A stretch of DNA of 64,000 nt from a virus, in the IMG/VR virus record IMGVR_UViG_3300042314_001189, positions 1 to 64,000 of that record; one strand, written 5' to 3'. Numbering within the stretch: the first letter of the stretch is position 1; the number at the start of each line of letters is the position of its first letter. Made by a program: the position numbers and the translations under genes. Under the pieces are notes generated by a model that was given only the letters and a program-made list of their open reading frames with translations, ran no database searches and had not been told where the DNA came from. Of the stretch, positions 54,161-63,605 are shown piece after piece.

Positions 54161-56893
54161 ATGGCAAAAAAGATAAAAGTAGCTGGGTATTCACAGAAAA
54201 TTTCATACGATGGAAACATTGAATACAGAGATTTTAGTCCAGATTTAGTAGGGTTACAACTGGCAAGTGATGGTGGTACCCCATTGTTTACAATGGGTAA
54301 TTTTGCTATTACGACCAACTTAGACCCAAAATTAGATAAAAATTATATTACTGGTAAATTTTCTGATTTTTTCACACTAGATAAATTAGACTTAACAGTT
54401 GAGCAATCAGTAAAACTTTTAGAAAATAACGCAAGTGTGTTTTTAAATTTAGATGAATCTAAATTAAAAAACTATGCGTTATTTGGTTCTATGGTTGAAT
54501 ACTTTAGGGTTACGCTAGAAGAAATAATATCTAAATGGCCAGCCGCTTTATATATTACACCTACAACTTTTTTTGATAATCAGTTTATTAACGGTTTTAC
54601 ATTTGAAGATTACACTTACGATTTTATAACCAATGAATCTAGTTTTAAGTTAAACACTACGTTCATCAACAATAAATTTAAGATAAATTATTTAGCCAAC
54701 GGAACGATTTCAGATTCCTTCAATCAAGAAAATGATTTAAGGAATTTAACGGTAAACTATAAATCATACGCTATCTTGGTAAATAGCACAGAATATGACC
54801 TTATTGGTTTCACTGGTTCTACATATGAACAAGCTGATTATGTTTATTTTAAAGTAAAAGGTGATGTTTTTTCTGGTGCAACAACTGGAGCTTACTTATA
54901 CTACCATATTAAACCTAACAAAACTATTGAAAATACATTTTTCAATAGTTTAAATGGATTACATGAATATTTGTTGAATAGGTACACACTACCATTATAC
55001 ACAGCTACATTTAACTTCCCAGTTAGAACACAAAGCGGTATTTTATTGTATTCATCCAAATCTGTTAAATGGCCAGTAACTGACGGTTATAATATAGATT
55101 TTGACACTACAGAATATATAAATTACGCAACAGAACTATTCGATTTATCAACAAACTATGATTTAAACGAAACAGATTTGATGACTAGATTTTTGGTTTC
55201 TGAGTCGATATCAGCTTTTGATACAACACCAGTACGTTTGGCTGAAGTTCATCAAGACACAACAACTGGTCAAAAAGTTAATAAAACACTTAAAATATAT
55301 GGTAGGTCTTTTGATGATATAAATCAGTTTATACAAGGTATTTCTTTTGCACATGTCGTAACATACAATAGACAAGACAACGTTCCAGATGCATATTTAA
55401 AAGATTTGGCAAGAGTTTTAGGTTGGGACTTGGTTTCTTCTGTTATTGAGAATAATCTTTTGGCTAATTATGTTGAAACTGATAGTTCAAATTACGCTGG
55501 TCAACCAGTTGGTTTAACAGCAGCACAAGCAGATATTGAACTATGGAGAAGAATAATTTTGAACTCACCATGGATTTGGAAATCTAAAGGTGCTAGAAAA
55601 TCAATAGAGTTCCTTTTAAACTTTATTGGAACACCAATGGGGTTGGTTACTTTTAATGAATACATCTATAGAGCCAAAGCACCTATAGATATTGATTTAT
55701 TTTTAGATGTGTTAGACTTAAATAGTCTAGATGCTGATTTATCATTATACGCTGTTGACAATGATGGTTACCCAAAAACATTACCAGAAACTCCAGATAT
55801 GTATTTCCAAAACTATGGTCTTTGGTATAGAGAAACTGGTGGTACTGGTGCAACAATAGATATAACTAGTGGTAACAACCCACACGTTGGACCTTACGAT
55901 GGGGGTTCTAAATATATAAATCAATTTAGAACACTTATACCTAATTTCACACCAGTAACTGTAACAGCGTCAACAGCTGTTACATCTGAAAGAAACTTAT
56001 TCTTGAATTATTCGCTAGGTGAAATAACAAACTATACTGGTGATACATATGTTGAAGTTGTTAATGAAGATGGTTCTGATTTAGGTGATTGTATTGTTTA
56101 CGAGACAGAAATAATCAAAGACCCAATGCCAGAGGATATTTTAACACCATGTGGGTGCCCATGTGAAGGTGAAGATGAGTCTTTGAGTATTTGTGTTAAA
56201 AAAACAGACCCAAAACCAGTAAAACCATGTGAAACATTGGCAAACCCACCAAAAAACGATACAACTTTGGGTTTATATGTGTTTAATGTTAATAAATACG
56301 ATATCAACGGTAATCTAATCAATGGTATCACTAATAAAACTGCTTTTATTGATAAAGAATGTTGTAGTTATTTAGGTGGAAAATCTACATATGCCGATTC
56401 AATTTATCAAGGTGCAATACCTTCAAATCCAAAATTAGTAACTAGTGGTTTTGTTTGTTGTACAACAGAAAGATGTGGTTGTAACGTTACTTGTAATTGG
56501 GTCATAACTAAAGACCCAATATATTTACCACAAGGCTCACCAACAGCTACACCTTACTTAAACTTTGTAACCCTATATGGTTCTGGTATAAATAAGGTTG
56601 TTGTTTCAGATGCATCGGCTTGTCCACAAAAAACGGTTGCGGTTCCAAATATAACAGACCCTTATACTGGTGAAGTTGGTATTGGTTGTAAGTTAACACA
56701 AGAATTGATAGATGACTCAAATTCATATGATGAATTATACAACTATTATCAATTTAAAGCAAATAATTTCAACGGGGTCGAGATAGTTGTTGGTGATTTT
56801 AAAATTGGTTGTTGTGAATTAACATTTGAGACATATTTGAAGTATGCTGAAGCAATTGGGTTAACACAATCTGGCCCAACAGCTTTAGCATAA
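54161..56893 (+). CDS. Baseplate wedge protein (P2 gpI / T4 gp7-like) with Cys-rich C-terminus
   Basis: VPDAYLKDLARVLGW...LWRRIILNSPWIWKSKGARKSIEFLLNFIG is the gpI-like signature. Confidence 0.7.
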   Translation: MAKKIKVAGYSQKISYDGNIEYRDFSPDLVGLQLASDGGTPLFTMGNFAITTNLDPKLDKNYITGKFSDFFTLDKLDLTVEQSVKLLENNASVFLNLDESKLKNYALFGSMVEYFRVTLEEIISKWPAALYITPTTFFDNQFINGFTFEDYTYDFITNESSFKLNTTFINNKFKINYLANGTISDSFNQENDLRNLTVNYKSYAILVNSTEYDLIGFTGSTYEQADYVYFKVKGDVFSGATTGAYLYYHIKPNKTIENTFFNSLNGLHEYLLNRYTLPLYTATFNFPVRTQSGILLYSSKSVKWPVTDGYNIDFDTTEYINYATELFDLSTNYDLNETDLMTRFLVSESISAFDTTPVRLAEVHQDTTTGQKVNKTLKIYGRSFDDINQFIQGISFAHVVTYNRQDNVPDAYLKDLARVLGWDLVSSVIENNLLANYVETDSSNYAGQPVGLTAAQADIELWRRIILNSPWIWKSKGARKSIEFLLNFIGTPMGLVTFNEYIYRAKAPIDIDLFLDVLDLNSLDADLSLYAVDNDGYPKTLPETPDMYFQNYGLWYRETGGTGATIDITSGNNPHVGPYDGGSKYINQFRTLIPNFTPVTVTASTAVTSERNLFLNYSLGEITNYTGDTYVEVVNEDGSDLGDCIVYETEIIKDPMPEDILTPCGCPCEGEDESLSICVKKTDPKPVKPCETLANPPKNDTTLGLYVFNVNKYDINGNLINGITNKTAFIDKECCSYLGGKSTYADSIYQGAIPSNPKLVTSGFVCCTTERCGCNVTCNWVITKDPIYLPQGSPTATPYLNFVTLYGSGINKVVVSDASACPQKTVAVPNITDPYTGEVGIGCKLTQELIDDSNSYDELYNYYQFKANNFNGVEIVVGDFKIGCCELTFETYLKYAEAIGLTQSGPTALA

Positions 56894-56945
56894 ACAACTA
56901 CATATAAAGTAATAAAATAGAAAATAATAATATAAAAATAAAAAA

Positions 56946-59678
56946 ATGGCAGATTCTAAGACTACAACATTTGGTGATGAAATATGTACAGTATTGTTAA
57001 GAAATATTGCTAATTCAATCAAAAAAGATGACGCAACTAATAGTTCTGCGTATTACCAACAATATGGTACACTAAATGGTTATACACCGTCACAACAAAC
57101 TGTGGTGTTAAATCAAAATGGTGATATCAACGTTTTTTTGGTATACAACGGACAAAACCAACCTATAGAATTGGGTAGTTATTGTTGTAAAACAATGATT
57201 CCAAAACTAATAACATCAGCTAGCCAATACTTTCCAAATGTAACTAGTGGTGATATATATTGGGATGATAACACACAAAAATGTAGATGGAAAACTTCAT
57301 CTAACGGTAACGATTGCGTTATAGATACCTTTAAAATAGTCTTAAACCCAGTTGGTAATGATGGAAGCCTTTTCAATACTGAAAGTGGTGAAAAAGAATG
57401 TAGTTTGACTGTTGATTTTAATTATCTTTTTAAATTAGAATGTGAAAATCTTGCTGATATATTAAACCCAACGATACCAGTAAATGTTGACCAACAAACA
57501 CTGGATGAAATAAAAAAATTAGAAGCGGAACTTTCAAATTTAGAAGCGGAGTGTGAATCAATAACGAGCAAACTTGAATTAACTATTTCAGAATATGAGA
57601 AAAGTTATTATTCAATGGTTTGTGATAATGTTTCTGTTGAAGATTTTTTAAAATACGCAGAAGCGGTTGGTTACGAAGGAAAAGCTGAACCAGTAAGACA
57701 AATTGTGTCTACAAAGAGTATTGCCACAGCAAAAACTGCGTTTGGAAAGACTGGTTTTGGCGGTACACCATTCGCTTTTCCAGCTTTAAGTAATAGCTCA
57801 ATTATAATAAACGCAAATACTAGTGTAACAATTTGTATTAACGAAGAAAACGGTGGGTTAACTGTGTTACAGAACTTACTAGGTTTAGATAAATACCAAA
57901 GGTTTTTAGACGGTGACCCAACATCTTATACGTGTTCTAACGTAATAGAAATGGTTGTTTTAAGTTACGAATCTATTCAAAATGGTGATTTAGAATTGGT
58001 GTTTGAATGTACAACACCTTTTGGTTTTAAAACACGATTAAAAAAAGAGATTGAAATTTTAACCAAATTATCAAAAGAATGTGATGATAAAGTAACCGCA
58101 TTAGAAACACAAATAAATACATTAAAAAGCGATAATGAGTTAAACACCGCTATTTGTTCTACACCATCTCAAGTATTAGAAACGCTTGATGTATCTATGA
58201 CCATTGATGTTATAGAATCAAATGGTACTTTAAGTACAGTATATGAATTTAATTTATTCCCTTCTATTGGTAGTGGTAACTTGTACACATACTTAAAAAA
58301 TCACCCAACAGATAGTGGTTTTTATATTTGTGGTGAACCTAAACAAACAGAAACATTTGCTAGTGGTTGTACAGTAATTAAATACCAAAAAACTGAGCTA
58401 AGCGGCTCAATCGAACCAGTTCTTAGCAATTGTGCACCACAAGACCCAAGCGATTTTTACTGTAACGTTCAATCTTGTATGCCAGTTAAAGATAATATAT
58501 TGGAATCGTTGTTCACCCAATCTAGTTTTACAAATAGTGTGGATGATTTAAAATCTTTTAGAGATTCTTTATCTCAAACTATTTTAGCTTCTAAATGGTT
58601 AAATTACACAACTGAAATAACAGACCCAGATATTATATCAAAAATAGAAGATAAAAAAATAACTTTATCGATAAAAATAAACAACACATGTTCAAATATA
58701 TGTGTTTTAGTTGATAATTTAAAATTAAATAAGATTTGTATTGACGGTGAAGCAAAAACTATTAAGGTTGATAAATCACCTGGTTTTGAATTGGAAAGAA
58801 TTATTGATAATAAAAAATCATGGATTAAAAATACAACACCAGTTAGTAGAACTTTTGACATAAAAAATAATCTAGGTGACAATAGAATTAGACAAACAGA
58901 GTACAACGTAAATGACGAAAGATTAGTCATAAACACAAAAGAAATTGATTTAGATATCAATTTGGCTAGTGCTGTTGAACACGATGTTTGGTGCTATGTT
59001 GTTGACAATCCATGTTTATTGACTGGGGTAACATGTGAAGATGTATTCACAATAGACTCACCATGTTGCCAAACTGGAACAACGTGTGGGGATAATCAAA
59101 TTGATTTTGATTATTTGTTAACTAGTTCGTTATCAACTGTTGATACTGTTGAAGAATTTGAAAATTTAATTTTATCTGAATTGATAGACGCTAAAGATAG
59201 AAAAACATTATCTGGATATCCAACTCTTAGAGCATTATATGATAGGTATTTGAATAGTACAAAATATTGTGGAACCGAAAGTTCAAAATACACATACGCA
59301 ACAATGGAACAATTTGCTGCTTTGGTTGGTGATTATTGGACAGACATTATTGAACAAGTTGTACCAGCAACAACAATATGGGGTAGTGTAAAAATTTATA
59401 GCAACACAATATTTGACCAACAAAAGTTTAAATACAAAAATGGTAGTTTGTTTATATGTGATGATTATGCTGCTGAAAGTATTGCTTTTGATTTAACCGT
59501 TGGCGTTGATAAAACAACAATAAGTAGTGGGGGTACATTACAACCAAACACAAAGGTTCAGAAATGTACTGGTGTTTATTTAAAACAAATAAATGCTTCT
59601 TCAGAATTTATTGGAACAGTAACAATTACTGAAGGTTCTGTAAAATCAGATAGTGATGGTGAAATTAGATTGAAGTAA
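56946..59678 (+). CDS. Cys-rich baseplate protein with coiled coil
   Basis: 910 aa; many Cys; C-terminal DYWTDIIEQVVPATTIW resembles the I....PA end of the gpI/gp7 fold. Confidence 0.55.
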   Translation: MADSKTTTFGDEICTVLLRNIANSIKKDDATNSSAYYQQYGTLNGYTPSQQTVVLNQNGDINVFLVYNGQNQPIELGSYCCKTMIPKLITSASQYFPNVTSGDIYWDDNTQKCRWKTSSNGNDCVIDTFKIVLNPVGNDGSLFNTESGEKECSLTVDFNYLFKLECENLADILNPTIPVNVDQQTLDEIKKLEAELSNLEAECESITSKLELTISEYEKSYYSMVCDNVSVEDFLKYAEAVGYEGKAEPVRQIVSTKSIATAKTAFGKTGFGGTPFAFPALSNSSIIINANTSVTICINEENGGLTVLQNLLGLDKYQRFLDGDPTSYTCSNVIEMVVLSYESIQNGDLELVFECTTPFGFKTRLKKEIEILTKLSKECDDKVTALETQINTLKSDNELNTAICSTPSQVLETLDVSMTIDVIESNGTLSTVYEFNLFPSIGSGNLYTYLKNHPTDSGFYICGEPKQTETFASGCTVIKYQKTELSGSIEPVLSNCAPQDPSDFYCNVQSCMPVKDNILESLFTQSSFTNSVDDLKSFRDSLSQTILASKWLNYTTEITDPDIISKIEDKKITLSIKINNTCSNICVLVDNLKLNKICIDGEAKTIKVDKSPGFELERIIDNKKSWIKNTTPVSRTFDIKNNLGDNRIRQTEYNVNDERLVINTKEIDLDINLASAVEHDVWCYVVDNPCLLTGVTCEDVFTIDSPCCQTGTTCGDNQIDFDYLLTSSLSTVDTVEEFENLILSELIDAKDRKTLSGYPTLRALYDRYLNSTKYCGTESSKYTYATMEQFAALVGDYWTDIIEQVVPATTIWGSVKIYSNTIFDQQKFKYKNGSLFICDDYAAESIAFDLTVGVDKTTISSGGTLQPNTKVQKCTGVYLKQINASSEFIGTVTITEGSVKSDSDGEIRLK

Positions 59679-59703
59679 TTAAAAGAGAAATATATTTATA
59701 GAT

Positions 59704-59946
59704 ATGCCACAATTATTAAAAAAAGTAGAAGGAGAAATATTGACACATGTAATAGGTGATGTTCGATTCGTCACTAGTGTTTCTGGTCAAATACAACAAG
59801 AAGATTTCATTAATCTTAATGGGTTTGTCGCATATCTTCAAAATTTATCCAGAACAGAATTTACCGCTGCTTTACTTAAACCAATGGAGTTTGGTTTAAA
59901 AAATGAAAATAACATTGAAACAATAACGTTAGATATAAGCTACTAA
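59704..59946 (+). CDS. Small late protein (80 aa)
   Basis: ATATTTAT at 59692; TAATG-coupled to the next gene. Confidence 0.6.
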   Translation: MPQLLKKVEGEILTHVIGDVRFVTSVSGQIQQEDFINLNGFVAYLQNLSRTEFTAALLKPMEFGLKNENNIETITLDISY

Positions 59947-61376
59947 TGAGATACCAAGATAGAATATACATACAAAACCAGAATTCAGCCGTTAGGAATA
60001 GAACATATACCAACGTAAATATGAGTTCTGATTTTTGTGTTTTTAACAGCCCATTATTTAACGTTAGTGGTGCGACTAAAATAGATTGTACTGGTACAAC
60101 AACTGGTGGGACATACGTTATATCTGCATCCACACAAACAATTCCGTTAACTTTTCAATTCACGGCAAACACTAGTTCATTTGTAGATACAAACGCAAAC
60201 TTTAACTTTCAAATATACAAGTATGACCAAAGTTTAAATGGGTTTGCCACGATACCAGTTTATAAGTCTGAAATATTAAGTTATTCAGCATTTAGTGCTA
60301 CAAACGAAACAACACAATATGTTCCAACAAGTGGGTTGACAATGGATGGTGACTATCTAATTAAAGGTTATTATCAATTTAGTGCGTGTACAGACTTCAT
60401 GAAAAGATTGGGTAAAGGTATTGATACCGTGAACTATATAAGCGGTTCTGAATATGGTATTTATGATAAAAGTTTGGATTATTACTTTGTTTCAATAAGA
60501 CAAGCAGAAAAACCTACATTTACAAACAACACTAGCAACTCTACATTAACAAACAGACTAATTCAAACAACATTACTACCACCAGCTGGTATAAAGGAAG
60601 TTGTAATTCCTAGTAATGTTCTTGGTGACTTTGTTATGACTTTAAATGGGTTGGTTTTAGCTAATAACCTAGATTATACATTTAGTGGCAGTATTGTAAG
60701 TTTAAGTGGTGAAACATATACTGATGATATAATAACATTTATTTATACGTCAGATGGTGGTAACAATTTAATTGGTGACAATATTGATATATCAGCACCG
60801 ATTATCAGTGGGGTGACAGACGCAGAAGGTTCTAATCTGGTCTACTTCAACACCTCAACACAAAAATACGAAATATACACGTCAGTACCACCATCACAAG
60901 GCAACGTTGTTGTGGTGATGTTAAACGGTATAACATTGGCAAATGGTATAGATTATTACCAATCTATATCAAATAGTAAAAGAATAATATTAGAAGGTTC
61001 GTTACTTGTTGGAGATATTATAACTATGGTTTATTTCCCAGCGATAAATACAGTAAATGGGTTAAATACTAGCACACCAGTTGTTACATGGACAGTAACA
61101 ACACCGCCAGACAAGGTTAATGGTTTCTTTTCACTAGAAGTTAGTACTGGTAATACATTTACAAGCTTCTATTATAGTGGTAAAACAGACTATTTTGTCG
61201 GTTCGACATATTATGCTGATAATTTTACAGCTAGTGGTACTGTTGGTACAAAATTATATTATAGAGTAAAAAATGAAAAGAATTATGAGACATTATGTGG
61301 TAATTATATCACTACAATAGCATATAGCGAAGTTATTCCTATTGTTATTCAAACTAATTCCATAAATTCGTACTAA
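59946..61376 (+). CDS. Baseplate/fibre-attachment protein with two LNG..L....DY repeats
   Basis: TLNGLVLANNLDYT...DDIITFIY and MLNGITLANGIDYY...GDIITMVY; FN3-like C-terminus (GTKLYYRV). Confidence 0.6.
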   Translation: MRYQDRIYIQNQNSAVRNRTYTNVNMSSDFCVFNSPLFNVSGATKIDCTGTTTGGTYVISASTQTIPLTFQFTANTSSFVDTNANFNFQIYKYDQSLNGFATIPVYKSEILSYSAFSATNETTQYVPTSGLTMDGDYLIKGYYQFSACTDFMKRLGKGIDTVNYISGSEYGIYDKSLDYYFVSIRQAEKPTFTNNTSNSTLTNRLIQTTLLPPAGIKEVVIPSNVLGDFVMTLNGLVLANNLDYTFSGSIVSLSGETYTDDIITFIYTSDGGNNLIGDNIDISAPIISGVTDAEGSNLVYFNTSTQKYEIYTSVPPSQGNVVVVMLNGITLANGIDYYQSISNSKRIILEGSLLVGDIITMVYFPAINTVNGLNTSTPVVTWTVTTPPDKVNGFFSLEVSTGNTFTSFYYSGKTDYFVGSTYYADNFTASGTVGTKLYYRVKNEKNYETLCGNYITTIAYSEVIPIVIQTNSINSY

Positions 61377-61432
61377 TATTATTTACTATTGTATATTTAT
61401 AACTAAAATAAAGAAAAAGATATTTATAAAAT

Positions 61433-63604
61433 ATGAGTTACATAATTAAAAGCACAAGTCCGTTTGTCAACATAAAATTGACAGAAAAAGGTAGAGAACA
61501 ATTAGCACAAGGTAAACTTAACTTTTCCTTCTGGGCTATTGGGGATTCTGAAATAAATTACACCAGAGAAGCCATTGTTGATAACGCAACATCAGTTGGC
61601 GACCCAACATTGACAGCTACAACGGTTGTTTTTAAACCGTTTGACAAGCAGCCAAACTTGAAATCATTCATTTATCCTTTAACATCAAACGAAATTTATC
61701 AACCAGTAAACGCTTCAGTTATCAATGTTGTTAAAGCTGTTGTTAATAACGAAGCTCAAGAAAGAGGTTTTTTCAGCGGCACAAGTTATAACACATTAAC
61801 TGGTTTGACATATTGTGCTTATAATGAATATGTTTCTGACACAACACCAGGCGCATCTAGATATGACGGTTCAAACATTATTTCAGTTAGTAGTAGTGCT
61901 TTTACAATTGGAGATTTTGTATTGATTAAAATTGGTGATTATTCAACTGGTGCTTTAACTCAAAACGACAACACAGTAGCTTTGCCAAATCTTTGGTATA
62001 AAATACAAGCGTTGACAGCTGGTACAACATCAATCATAGAATTAGATAGAAATTTACCTAATTTGAACGGTACTTGGACTGGTTATTCTCAGATTTTCAT
62101 CTACAAAGGCGGTGAAGTTTATAACTCTTTTGGTTATGATAACTCTACAGCGTATTGGGATAGTGGAACATTATCTTTTGATTCTTCTAGCAATATCACA
62201 TGTAACGATGTTCCAGTTTGGAATATGAACAATGTTTGGTGTGAGAGTTTGGCTGGTATTACTGGTCTAACAACAACAAATCTGTATGAAGGATATACTA
62301 AGTTTGGTTCATTCCCTTATTTAGGTACTAAAAACCCATACTTAGAATTTGTATGTAAAACAACTGCTGATACCGAAACTTCTTTGGCGTTTAGCTGTAC
62401 TGGTCCAGGTCAAAGTTACCTAGACGATGTATCAAAATCTATCTCTATTTTACATTACACAAACAATACTATCTCTAATCTTTACGGTGAGTTCTTCTAT
62501 ACTGATGCCGCAAACAACAAATATTTATCGTTGTTTATTCCAGATTTAATGTACCACAGAAGAAACGGTAGTACTGGTAGTGGAACAACAATGGGTATGA
62601 GATTTATCGCTACGGGTTCAACATTCACAACTAATCAAGACATCGAATACATTGAATTGATTGAAGACCCAGCAATGGTTGCTTCAGCATCAACTTCTGT
62701 AGCTGTTGGTAGAGTCTACCCACAACTAAAAACAGTTGTATTCTATAATGACGAAATAGTTTCTGCTTTATCATATAAATCTAACAGAAACTGGACATTA
62801 CCAGAACTATCAGCAACATTGGCAGCACCAAGCGGTGGTACATCTACTGGTATTCTAAATACACAACAAACAATGTATTTAACATATGTGTTAGACAACG
62901 TTGGTCAAAGCGGTTATACTTCTTCTTTACCTTGTCAAACATACATTAAAATAACAAACAACACTTCATCAGCTAAAGACGTTTCGTTTAAAATAACTGA
63001 AACAGACATGCTTCCATACATGAGAAAGATTGAAAGTGCTGGTTATGATGGATTAGGTTTTTATGCGTATAACTTTAAATTGTTATATCAAATTGTAACC
63101 GACTCTATGGACCGTCCAGACCCAGGTGCTTGGAAAGAGTATGACTTTACATCAACAGCTATTACAACAAATGCTGGTGAAACAATCGACCCTAAATTGC
63201 TAGAAAACCAAAATCCAGCTATTAATGGGTTTGTTTTAGACGTGTTAAAAGATGTGAGTGCGACAACATTTAATTTAATTTCACTATTAAACTTACCACC
63301 AACAGTTTCACCAGAGAAATTACAATTTGGTGATGAAAGATTCTTCTACGGAAACCTTTCAACATATATTGGTGCAACAATATACAAAACAATCTTCGAC
63401 ATTAGAGTTAATAGTAGTCAATTTAACGCTACAACTAACCCAACTAGAAGTTCAGATACAACAGTAAATCCACCAAACATAAAAATAAGTGAGGTTGGTA
63501 TTTATGACACAGACAAAAACTTAGTCTGCATTGGTAAACTTAGCACACCAGTTGCTTTAACCAATGGGAACACAATAATGCTTGAATTATCAATGGATTT
63601 CTAA
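61433..63604 (+). CDS. Baseplate / tail-collar protein (fibre-attachment fold with large insertion)
   Basis: N-terminal KLTEKGREQLAQG...WAIGDSEINY and C-terminal ISEVGIYD...LVCIGKLSTPV. Confidence 0.6.
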   Translation: MSYIIKSTSPFVNIKLTEKGREQLAQGKLNFSFWAIGDSEINYTREAIVDNATSVGDPTLTATTVVFKPFDKQPNLKSFIYPLTSNEIYQPVNASVINVVKAVVNNEAQERGFFSGTSYNTLTGLTYCAYNEYVSDTTPGASRYDGSNIISVSSSAFTIGDFVLIKIGDYSTGALTQNDNTVALPNLWYKIQALTAGTTSIIELDRNLPNLNGTWTGYSQIFIYKGGEVYNSFGYDNSTAYWDSGTLSFDSSSNITCNDVPVWNMNNVWCESLAGITGLTTTNLYEGYTKFGSFPYLGTKNPYLEFVCKTTADTETSLAFSCTGPGQSYLDDVSKSISILHYTNNTISNLYGEFFYTDAANNKYLSLFIPDLMYHRRNGSTGSGTTMGMRFIATGSTFTTNQDIEYIELIEDPAMVASASTSVAVGRVYPQLKTVVFYNDEIVSALSYKSNRNWTLPELSATLAAPSGGTSTGILNTQQTMYLTYVLDNVGQSGYTSSLPCQTYIKITNNTSSAKDVSFKITETDMLPYMRKIESAGYDGLGFYAYNFKLLYQIVTDSMDRPDPGAWKEYDFTSTAITTNAGETIDPKLLENQNPAINGFVLDVLKDVSATTFNLISLLNLPPTVSPEKLQFGDERFFYGNLSTYIGATIYKTIFDIRVNSSQFNATTNPTRSSDTTVNPPNIKISEVGIYDTDKNLVCIGKLSTPVALTNGNTIMLELSMDF

Positions 63605-63605
63605 A

